Origin: Octopus sinensis
Taxonomy: Eukaryota
DNA: 64,000 nucleotides
Direction: 5' to 3'
Assembly (NCBI RefSeq): GCF_006345805.1
Contig: NC_042999.1
Coordinates: forward strand, 82,584,001 to 82,648,000
Within the stretch, counting starts at the first letter, position 1, and every line of letters begins with the position of its first letter. The position numbers and the translations under genes were made by a program. The notes below the pieces were generated by a model. That model was not told the origin of the DNA. It saw only the letters and a list, made by a program, of their open reading frames with translations, and did no database searches. Below are positions 53,341 through 64,000 of this stretch, one piece after another.

Positions 53341-53460
53341 CGACACTACATGGGGTGGAAATGATTTGTATGTAGAAACAAAAAGAAAGAGAAGACTTAA
53401 ACACGGAGATACAAACAGAAACATTGTTGGTTAAAAAGAAATACACACACTCACATGCGT

Positions 53461-53462
<2 letters not shown>

Positions 53463-53549
<87 letters not shown>

Positions 53550-53570
53550 CAGATAGATAGATAGATAGAT
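53463..53570. repeat. (GATA)n, 27 units, at the 3' end of the short LINE copy
   Basis: Seen directly; one GACA variant. Confidence 0.95.
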
Positions 53571-53842
53571 ATGTTTCTTTATTAGCCACACAGGGCTGAA
53601 CACAGAGGGGACAACTTACAAAGTAGAGCTTTTCTTTTTCGTGAGAAAAAAAGAGGATAAGTTTTCGATCAAAAGGGATCGTAAAAAAGAAAAAAAAGCA
53701 TCAATAGGGATCGTGTATCACAGAAATATCATGATGTAAAGTGTAAAGGAGGAAGCAGCTAAGGTTTATCCTTGGAAAGAAAAACCTACGGAAAAGACCA
53801 CGGTAACCTCGGTCACATGTTAACACATTTATTTGCAAGTAA
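53571..53842 (-). mobile_element. Short 5'-truncated copy (3' UTR only) of the Tx1-like LINE
   Basis: Collinear with 53876-54245; identical terminus ATGTTTCTTTATTAGCCACACAGGGCTG and an identical 31-bp block (53785-53815 = 54162-54192). Confidence 0.9.
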
Positions 53843-53845
53843 GAT

Positions 53846-53875
<30 letters not shown>

Positions 53876-53876
<1 letters not shown>

Positions 53877-56611
53877 TGTTTCTTTATTAGCCACACAGGG
53901 CTGCACACAGATAGAACGAATTACAAGGTAGAGCTTTTCTTTTGAAGGTTTAAAAAAAAAAAAAAAAAAAAAAAGGAAGGGGGAGTTTCGATCAAAAGGG
54001 ATCGTAAAAGGAGTGAAAGAGGACAAAAGAAAGGGGGTGTTAAAAAAAAAAAAAAAAAGGGGGAGAGGAAAAAAAATTGATCAATAGGGATCGTTATCAC
54101 AGAAATGTCAATATGAAGTGTAAAGGGGAGGACAGGTGAGGTTTACCCGTGGAAAGAAAAGCCTACGGAAAAGACCACGGTAACCTCGGTCAATGAAGTC
54201 ACATTTTATATTTCTTTTTTTTTTTTTTTTTTTTTGCAAATAAGCAACTCTGTTTTCGATTTCTGGGTTCATAGGACTATGCTCAAGGTGGCTTCGTCAT
54301 TCATACGTGCCATTCTTGCTACATTCACCCATCTTTTTTTAAAACATTCGCTAGACAAAACTTGCCTCTCTACTCTCACTTTCCTTTTCAAGTGGTACTT
54401 GAAGAAGTTGATGAGAGATTGACCAGAGAGGAAAGTGTTTGTCTCCAATCCTTTCAGACGCGTCCACCAGATACATTCTTTCGCCATAGCCACAAGGATG
54501 ATGAAAATAGCTCTTCCTTCCCGTTTGAAGGAAGGAGGCGTGACAATATTGACGATAGACTCAGCTGATAAACCAACTCGTCCAACACGTGACAGCAGTT
54601 GTTCGACATAAGCCCACAGGTCGGAAATTGTTGGACACTGAACGAGTGCGTGCAGAACGGTTTCGTCGCTCTGACCGCATCTCGGGCAGGTCGGCCCCGT
54701 GTTTCTCGAGCCGTGTCTGTAGAGCTTATCCCGAACGGGTAGCGCTTCTCGGTAGCACTGCCAGGCCAGGGATCTCTGGAAGTTGTCCATGGGCCCTGGC
54801 CCGAAAGTCGTCCCGAACAGGCGGGTCAGGTACTCCTCGTCGACGTCCAGGTTCGCCCCGAGCTCGTCGTCGTACCTCCCCTCCACTAAACCCCTATAGA
54901 ATGCTTTGGTTGTGTTGAAGTCATTTAAGGTCGACCCAGGACGGCAGAGTTGCTTGAGAGCAACGCGACACTCGCGGTGCCATTCGCCCTTCCTCGGCCT
55001 CTTTTTGATCCACGACTGCAGTTCGGTCATGGAGACGAGCTGCGGGAAAGCGTGCCTCACAAACGGCGACCACACCTGTTCACCGTCGTCTACATAGAGC
55101 CAGAGATGTCGCAGTCTCAGCGCGTGTCTGCGCATCATCAACCACGGCATGCCCAGCCCTCCTTTTAACGGTGTTGACAGCAAATGGATCGCCTGACCAT
55201 CGGGACGCATCCTTTCCACAAGAAGCGAAAGAGGATGCGTTGTAGTTTGGTGATGGTAGGGTCGGGACAAGGTACGACGGTCAGGCGGTAGTAGATGACG
55301 GACGCGATGTACGTGTTCGCCACCTCCGCTCGACCTTTTAGGGACAGTTTCCTCTCGGCCCATTGCCGGGCGAGAGTGACCACCCTACTCGTTATCTCGT
55401 TCCAGTTCTTCTCCACTTGGAGGTCCGGACCAAACCAGACCCCGAGCAACTCAACCGGGCCGTCGGTCCAGCGTCCCACGACGGAGGCGCTGGTGGACGG
55501 CATGGGCTTGCTTCTCCAGGTGCCTAGTCGCAAGCCCACTGACTTTTCCCGGTTGATTTTCGCTCCTGTCACCGCTTCGTAGTTTTTCAGTGTCTCGCCG
55601 ACCAGCTCGATGTGCTCGTGGCTAGACACTATGACGGTGACGTCGTCCGCGTATGCAGACACGCTCGTCCCGCATCCCAATTCTCGCGGGATGCCCCTTA
55701 GAGTCGTCAGCTTCCGCAGTAGTGGCTCAAGAGTCAATACGTATAGAAGCGCCGAGAGGGGGCATCCCTGACGGACCGAACGTGCAATGTCGAAAGGTCT
55801 CGTTAGATGTCCATTTACGCGAATTACCGAACGGATGCCTCTGTACAAGGCAGCTATCCAGCCGCGGAAGACGGGACCGAAACCAGCCGCTCTCAGGACT
55901 GCCTCCAAGTATCGATGGTCTACCCTATCAAAGGCTTTCGATTGATCCAAGTTGATCAGGGCCCCACCCATGCCAGGTTCGTTAACTACCCTGTCTATGA
56001 TGTAGCGCATCAGATGGAGGTTGTCATGGATGGTCCGGCCTGGCACGGCGCATGTTTGCGCCTTGTCGACCAGTTTCTCGATGACAAGCGCCAACCTCTT
56101 GGCTAGCACCTTGGCCAAAATTTTCAAGTCTGCATTAAGCAGAGTGATGGGCCTAAAGTTATCTATTACATTTCCCTTGTTTAGATCTTTCTTCAGCAGT
56201 GTTACGGCTCCTCGGCTCACAAAACCAGGAATGCTCCCGTTTTGCTGCCAGTTGCAGTACACCGCCGCCAGAGATCTCCAAACAAGTCTGGCATACAATT
56301 GTAAAGCTCGTAGGGTAGACCATCCAAACCCGGTGATTTGTCCCTCGAGCATTCTGCCATCGCTTCCCGCACTTCCGCCGCCGTGATGGCACCTTCGCAG
56401 CACCCTGCCCTTCTTGTCGAGAGTCGTGGTAGGCTATGTAGGTAGGCACTGAAGTCCACTCTACGTTCTTGCCCTCCACTCGTTCCGAACAGTCGGGCAA
56501 AATGCTGCTGAAAGGCCTCACACATTTTACTTGGCCCGAGCAATTCGCGCCCCTGTTCATCTACGAGTGACCGAATGGTGGCTTTGTTGCCCTGTTGCGC
56601 CTCTGCCACCC
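53876..56611 (-). mobile_element. Young 5'-truncated L1/Tx1-clade LINE (linker, RT, C-terminal zinc-binding region, 3' UTR) within (GATA)n
   Basis: GC-rich island; KSPGLDGLPYE, NFRPITLLNADLKILAKVLAKRL, LDQSKAFDRV, SVRQGCPLS, AYADD, GGLGMP and CPRCGQSDETVLHAL; GATA at both junctions. Confidence 0.95.
54269..56609 (-). pseudogene. LINE ORF2 (RT polyprotein), endonuclease missing, two single-base frameshifts
   Basis: Three overlapping ORFs (56217-56609, 55165-56403, 54269-55363) join at GDL|LAAV (~56280) and CCQH|PLKGG (~55170); no stop codons in the joined path. Confidence 0.9.
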
Positions 56612-56739
<128 letters not shown>

Positions 56740-58111
56740 TTGGTCTCACTTCTAGAATCGGGAATTTATTTGACAGCACGCTGTGAAAAACTACATTTGG
56801 AAATATTTTTCTGTTTTGCTGGGTGTGTGCGCGGTTGTATAATTTTCTTTATTCTTTTGTTGCATACACATCTATATATACGTATCTATATATATGTATT
56901 TTGTGTGCATGTACATATATATTATGTACATATATATATGTGTGTGTGTGTACATATATATGTGTGTATGTATGCATTTGTGTATTTTGTGTGTGTATGT
57001 GTGTGTCAAATGACAGGCGTTATTTTCTTTTCATTATTCAAAAGACTCCCGCCGCCTCTTATGCAGACCTCTATGTGACCCAAACTAGTTAAGTCCTCTG
57101 CACGTTGTCCTTTCTTACTCGCTGCAGGACATTTGAGGGGAAAAAATGACCAAGATAAATTATATGACTTCTACGAACTTCTATGGTACGAGTGCCATTA
57201 GCTAACTATCCATAGCAATTTAACTGTAGATACTTAGCGGTGTGTGTGTTTATGTATATGTGTATTTGTGCATGTGTGTGTGGTGGGACTGCATGCATAC
57301 AATACATGTATGCATACATCCATAATCCCGTCTTTCAAAAACCACTGGATTTTTAGCGAGAAGAGACTTGAAATGTTTCGTATGAAATAGTTCCTCGTCT
57401 CACCCAGAATAGCAAAGAATGGGAACGTTAAAGGAATGAAGCATACATGAAACTCTACTGTATAATTACAAGTATAAAATTATTTTTATTAGTATTATTG
57501 TTGCCGTTGTTATAATTATTATTGCTGTCGTTATTGTTTATCTTATTATTATTAAATATATTTTCGTCCTTTTATTAATATATACGAAATATTTCGATGA
57601 TTATATTTTTCATTATTCGTTTTTATGATTCTTTTTGCCATTAAAATCACTTCATTATTTCTTATTATCATTTTTTCATTAAAATCATTTCATTATTTTT
57701 CATTTGATTTCCAATATCATATTTTATACGCTTGCTGATATTTTATTTTTATTGTATTCTCATTTCCATATCTACCTTTACAATCATTGCTTTTCCTGTG
57801 CCTCCATTCACACCTTACGTACAACACTTTCTAATCTTTGTATGATTTCCCCAACCCCTCTTTTCATTATAATAATAATTACGATTATTATGTTTTTAAT
57901 TTTTTTAATGTCTTAATTTCTCAATTCCAAAATTCTTTATCATTAATTCTTATTTTGTATATTAATTAGAATGTTTAATTTATCATCTCAATTTAAATTC
58001 ATTTTATAATTCTCATACGCAGAGACAAACATAAACAAATAAGTAGAAATATAGAGAGACAGCTAAACATATAGTCAGATAGGTGTAGACATATATAAAG
58101 ATACCTGCATA

Positions 58112-58305
58112 TACGAGGGGGTGCTGAAAGGTTCACAGCTTTAAGGGTATCGTGAAGGCCTAGATGAAGGCCCAACCTCCTGAGTTCTTTTACAAAGCTT
58201 AGCAAATCTGAAGGGCCGTTGCAATAAGTGTGCGAATCTGAGAGTGGAATTTGTTGAATAAAATCATAATTAACTGATCCTCTTGTATTCCCTTTTACTC
58301 AAAGC
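58112..58305 (+). mobile_element. Mariner-derived MITE, copy 3 (right end truncated)
   Basis: TA|CGAGGGGGTGCTGAAAGGTTC; interior encodes GRCNKCANLRVEFVE*. Confidence 0.8.
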
Positions 58306-58429
58306 ACAGTGTGGGGTGCGCGCACGTGCATGTGTGTGGATGTGCGTGTGTGGATGTATGCATATGTGTGTGAGAGTGCGTAACCATTATAGTGTGCATT
58401 CCTCTCCAAGTATCGGCTACCAAATATCA

Positions 58430-59880
58430 TAATACATCAGAACTTCTGTTACTGGATATACAATTTGATATTGTTATATATATATCACTTTCCAGTGACT
58501 CCAAATCACACAAGCCAGTTTGAAAAGTAGTTCGCAAAAATTGGAGCCCCAAACTGAAGCAACAAATCACTGTATTCCTTTTGGGTGACTTCAACTTCCC
58601 CAATATATAGTGACCCGAGTGCATCATGCTCTCAGGAATGGTAAGCTTATATGGAGACCCTACTCAACCTTACCAATGCTTCATTCATAGATCAAATTGT
58701 GATCTAACTAGGACAAATAATACGCTGGATATCTGCTTCGCAAAAATATGGATATCATACAAAATATGCAAGTGACACCGACACTAGTCTCGGATCTCAA
58801 TATAATAGAGCTGTCTGTGTATGGATCAAAAGCAGCTGCGGACATACAGCCTATACGGAGAATGTGAAATCTCTCCGGTCTGGAGTTTCATAAAGCAAAC
58901 TGGAAATCAATTCAAAAAGAGATCCTGAAATTGAATTGGCCTAAATGTCTTTCCACAACAGGCATTAATATGAAACTCAAATATTTCAAGCTAGTAATGC
59001 TAGCCTTATGCAACAAATCTGCCCAGAATACAGAACTAAAGTACACAAGAACGAGATCCCAGGGAGAAGAAAATTCTTGAGACGACGGACAAAACTGCCT
59101 CAACAAATATCTCAAAGGTAGTAAAAACAACGCTGATGGAGACTGATAAAGGTCTACATCAATCCCATAGAAAAGAAAGAGCAGACAATGAGGCCTGGGT
59201 TAGAAAGAACATTAAGTCAAACCCTACAACTTTCTTTAGCTTCACCAAAGAAACTACCTCAGTACGATACAAGATAGGACCCTTCCAAAAGGACGGCTAT
59301 CTGACAGGAAACCCACGGAAGATAATTAAAATACTGAACAAACAGTTCAAGAAGGAGGTGTCGAAAATGCTCGTTTTTTCTTAACTTGACATTCCATTTT
59401 AATGATCTGAAAATAAACAAAAATTAACTAACATTAACAAGAAAAAAACAAAATAGATTCAAAAATTATTCAAAAATAGAATTCACGCAAAAAATAGATT
59501 TCAAAATTTAAAAACGCAATAAATTCCAAAATTTAAAAAAAAAACGGCGGTAAATTAGTTGCCAACCCAATACATCTGGAAAATTCTGGGAACACTTTAA
59601 CAAACAGTGGCATTGAAAGTTACGCAAACAGTAGAACGGGGTGCCACATCATTGTGCCAAAGATCCCAACATCGCCATCATGATATAGGACCATATACTG
59701 CAAAAGTTTGGATTTCAAGGGCCCACTACTCTTCAATATACTCCCAAGCATCAGATAGATCCGGCCACCTTCGAATCTATCCAATGTTTATTTACTTCCA
59801 TAACTGGTTGCATATTTTGGTGAACTACATCTGCCAACAATATGAAGTAACGCCGAGCCCCCAGGAACAGCTGTCAGAAC
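58430..59880 (+). mobile_element. CR1-group LINE remnant: AP endonuclease, linker and C-terminus, RT core absent
   Basis: LLGDFNFPNI, TRTNNTLDICF, EAWVRKNIKSNPTTFFSF..KIGPF, IWKIL and FKGPLLFNILP. Confidence 0.75.
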
Positions 59881-60314
59881 TGCAACACCATACCTTCACC
59901 TCTTTAATTTTCTGTCTTCGTATTCTGTGTAAGTTTGCTCTGTTAATATGTAAATATCTATATATTTATACTAGAATATTCATTGTCTGAAAATTTTCAG
60001 TCTTCGCTTTCTCACTATTTACATGTAGTTCGCTTGAATTTTGTTATATCGAAGAAGATAAAAAGAGAGAAAATAGAAAGCTTCTAACAATGTGGAAAGT
60101 TTAATAAAACCTTTATATTTCAGGCAGAAAGTCCCATCTTCAGAAGAAAAATCCAGTAATGTAAATTCTGCTAACTCATTCAGATTCCTTAGCGTTTTGT
60201 AACATCAGCAGTCACTATCCAAACGCAGGTGTAATTGGCGTTCCACGCGTTGATGTGAACAGACTCCCAACTGTTGCTATAATCTACTCACTATCTGTGG
60301 TGTGACGGCGTTAC

Positions 60315-60407
<93 letters not shown>
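60315..60407. repeat. (TAG)n
   Basis: Seen directly. Confidence 0.95.
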
Positions 60408-60409
<2 letters not shown>

Positions 60410-60600
60410 CAGTTACCCTCTAAGTGTTGCCGACTGTCCGAGTGTTGGATACTCTCATAAGAGCCACCAGCTCAACTCCGATCGACTGTAAATATTCGGG
60501 TTGAGGCGGTGGATCAGCAGAGCCTCTTTTATAAGTAAATCGCCGGTGTTCCTCTCCGAGGCTGGTATAGAGGCGTCCATTTGAATGGGCTACTGGAACC
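60408..60600 (-). mobile_element. Probable Penelope-like GIY-YIG C-terminal fragment running into (CTA)n
   Basis: LLIKEALLIHRLNPNI matches the PLE 'I.EAL.I....P.LN' motif; GC-rich relative to the flanks. Confidence 0.55.
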
Positions 60601-61347
60601 TACATAAGTAGATTTTTCTCAGATTGTTTTCTTCTGAAGATGAGCGTTTCCGCCTAAAATATAAACGTTTTATCAAACTTTACGAATTATCAGAAGCCTT
60701 CTATTTTCTCGTTTTTTACATGTATGTTTTGCATATCTAACCCAAGCAATCTTATTTGTTTATTTGTTTATTTGCATCATTATTTCAAGATTCCTCTTAT
60801 AACCACACTTTACCCCGCGAACTTAACCCTTGGTAAAGCTTACGGAGTATAGGTTTAAATCATTTGAGTATTACTATATGTTTTCTATATTGAGCATCTC
60901 TGGATCTCATCTGTTGATTCTTTAAGGAAGGATTATATAGAAAGCTATAAGCCAAAACAGATCACTATTGTTTCTGCTATGTTGTATCTTCAACACTGAA
61001 ATTATAAAATTATCTAACAATATACAATAAAAAAATCTAATAATAGCATACTGTCGCGTTAAAATATTCATTAAATAAATATTGTAATGAGTTTTGCATT
61101 TAAATTGATTAAAGTTTGCATTTAAATTAAATATCATTGAAACAGTCTGAGTACAATATTAACCAAAAATAGTAGGCACATTGCTACAGTGCCTATTCCT
61201 GCTCAGTGATCCCAAATTGAAAACAACTTAAAATTTGGGAGATGTTATGGAGGTTAAATAACATTGCTTGCTTCCTTGAGTGTTAGTAAACCAAAATATA
61301 TGAAGTTTTAGATGTTTCACAAGAGGTACATTTACTTTTGTTTAGTC

Positions 61348-61434
<87 letters not shown>

Positions 61435-61629
61435 CGAGTAGAATCGCTACCTTATTCACCTACATACAATTTAAAGTTACTGATACATCCAAATAAATAA
61501 AGCTTGTCTTATAGAAACCTATTTTTAAGAAGTAATGAAGACAGGAAAAAACTGTAGTATACGATGCACAAAGGTCGCCTATTCACAGTCACAAAATTGG
61601 AGTTCCATTTGATCCAATCAATAGAAAAG

Positions 61630-61852
61630 CCTGCTCATGAAATTAACGTGCAGACTCTCGTAGCCTAAATGTAATTCTTACGGAATGTGACCTAGGAAAT
61701 TCAGGTATTACCCATTTCTGCCATTTTTAAGTGGACTGAAGCAACGTAAAATAAAGTTTCTTGCGCAAGAACACAACGCTCAGCCTGGAATCGAACTAAT
61801 GACCTTACGACCGAACGCCAACTACCCTAACCACTAAACCACGCGCCTTCAC
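61630..61852 (-). mobile_element. SINE family C-like copy
   Basis: GCAACGTAAAATAAAGTTTCTTGCGCAAGAACACAAC..CCACTAAACCACGCGCCTTCAC. Confidence 0.75.
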
Positions 61853-63169
61853 TTAGTCACAAAATATCTCGGTAATTTAGTGCTTGTTAGACATTTAGAA
61901 TGAATTGGTCCGTTGGAACGGCCAACCAGTTAGAGAATAATAACGTTCAAATGGCCTATATATTTTTTTTCAGGCCTAACAGCCATTATCTCGAATTGCG
62001 TGGAAAGATTGTAAGTTCGAAATTACAATGCAGTGGACTTGACTTCATTGTTCATTCCAACTTAACACTTTAATTTCATTTCTTCTAGTTCAATATTTAA
62101 AAAATAAATTTTCCCTAATTTAATAAGTTTTGTGGTATTAACAATGCTACAGGGATTTGGATCGTAAATTTATATTTAAAACTATCAGAACAGCTTTGCT
62201 TTCCACCAGAAAAATCTGATAAACGTTTCTAGCCATTCATTTCAGCGTGTCAACAGCATACCACTAGAGAGTGGTCGTTTATAACAATCAATCTTCCTTC
62301 AGTGAATGGAATAAATGTAGTCCCCACCCATCACCACATATATTTTGTTAAATATTTCCAAGATGGAAACGAAAAGAAAAGAAAAACGGAAAATATTGAA
62401 ATAATTTGAAATAGTTGTAAGAAAGATCGAAATGAATAGTGAAATAGTTTAGACAGAGTCACTTAGCTGACCCCATCATCCTATTTCTTTTTTTCAGAAA
62501 CATCTATAAGAAAGAGGGAAAGAAAGAAGTTATTGGAAAAACTTATATAAGAACGTTCGAAATAAACAAATAAATTGTAAAAGACCTTATATCGAAAGTT
62601 ATTAAAATATGAAAGAGAAACGAAAACATTATTGAAATAACATTTAAACATTTATAAACAAGATTGAAATATATAAATAATGAAAAAAAATTATGAAAAG
62701 AAAAAGAAAAGTTATTGATATAACTTCGAAACATCAAAATATTATAAAATATTGAAATGTGAAAATATTTTGATTTGCTCTCTCAAATTACAATTGCTTT
62801 AATCCAAAGATAAAATAATTGGTAAAAATAAAATCAAATATATTTTGAAGACAGCGTAAGTTAAACCGGAAGCGGGGGTCGGATGTGAAAAATACACGAA
62901 ACTAGGTTTAAAATGGAGACAGAATATAAGAGAGAAGGAAATTATCGTAGTTATTGAAAGGTGTGAGTTTGAATTAAATATGGTGTTTTTCTTAGAATTG
63001 TAAAGATTTTATTGTCATTTTAGATTGATCTTACATCTATGTATAATTTTGGTTACATGTATAGGTATTCTTTAACATTATTATAATAGGATATGGATGT
63101 ATACACAAGTCTATCACGGTGCTTTATGCAGGAAAGGGAACGCTTCCTGGCGCTAATGACAATGTTTCT

Positions 63170-63383
63170 TATTTCTTTACTGCCCACAGAGGGGACAAAC
63201 AAAGATAGACAAACGGATTAAGTCGATTATATTGACCCCAGTGCGTAACTGGTACTTATTTAATCGACCCCCGAAAGGATGAAAGGCAAAGTCGACCTCA
63301 ACGGAATTTGAACTCAGAACGTAGCGGTAGATGAAACACGGCTACGCCTTCCGTCCGGCGTGCTAACGGTTCTGCCAGCTCGC
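63170..63383 (-). mobile_element. SINE family A (A2 tail) with a 19-bp TSD
   Basis: TSD CGCTAATG(A/G)CAATGTTTCT at 63151-63169 and 63384-63402. Confidence 0.95.
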
Positions 63384-63402
63384 CGCTAATGGCAATGTTT
63401 CT

Positions 63403-64000
63403 GAGTTCGTTTGCATCGTCGCTGCTTCACCCGAAATGAGCATAATTCTTGCTAGTTAATAAGTCGTAAAGCAACAGTAACGTTTAGCCTAGTTTATAGA
63501 TTGTCGTTTTAGTAGTATTCCGGGATATTGCATATGTGCCTGTTTTTTTAGTTGTAGTTTTTCAAATAGTAACAGGTACTAAAGATTGAATTACGCTTCG
63601 GTGATAAATTGTAACCCTTGCATGTTCAGTGGTCTTTCATTTTAAGTACTTTTCTTTCATAGTGTAGGTGGTCAGTTCTTGCTGAATGTGTGCAACCTAA
63701 TTATTATGCGTAGTACGGTATTTAAAGCTGGTTGTAGTGTCTATTGAAGTTTGTTGCAGGAAACTGGAGGGACTGAGGCAGAACTGTAATAGTCCATAAT
63801 GGATCTGATGTATTTTTTTGTAAATCTTAAAAACTATAGTTCTTTTCTCCATCTGGTCATGTCATACGTGTGATTACTCTAATCATATTTGTGTGTGTCG
63901 GTTTGCTTTCTTTTTTATGTGTTTCATGTGGGTTGCGGACGTTGTGGAACTTCTAGTACTTTTCTCTTCTGTATGCATGATGTTTTTATGTTCTTCAGTG
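63403..64000 (-). mobile_element. Possible decayed retroelement ORF (PLE-like N-terminal region)
   Basis: Coding-like fragments broken by stops; no diagnostic motif recognised. Confidence 0.25.

Noticed and set aside
54362-56560. Plus-strand and alternate-frame ORFs overlapping the LINE
   Set aside because: Shadow ORFs expected in GC-rich coding DNA.

Overview
AT-rich animal genomic DNA, almost certainly intronic or intergenic. It is dense in microsatellites and transposon debris, and the repeat style is most consistent with a cephalopod, probably Octopus (inference from memory of the SINE families, not a database hit). I found no intact host gene; nearly all supplied ORFs are translations of simple repeats. 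Content: (1) more than 30 tRNA-headed SINE copies in three families, here called A (tails A1 and A2), B and C; (2) remnants of Tc1/mariner transposases and mariner-derived MITEs, Helitron-type non-autonomous elements, Penelope-like elements, restriction-like-endonuclease (R4/Dong-type) LINEs and CR1/Jockey-group LINEs; (3) one young, 5'-truncated L1/Tx1-clade LINE at 53876-56611 (-). The best lead is that this LINE and a second short copy of it both sit inside one (GATA)n array, with GATA at both ends of each. Its 3' terminus is also shared (36/41 nt, ungapped) with the A2 SINE tail. Together these suggest a GATA-microsatellite-targeted Tx1-like retrotransposon with a partner SINE. Two other elements sit in (AAT)n or (ATC)n arrays. 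Other leads: a ~200-bp loopless palindrome split by a SINE, and a recurrent A1::A2 SINE chimera with an identical junction. Ends of degraded remnants are approximate (tens of bp); coordinates of TSDs, inverted repeats and junctions were counted.
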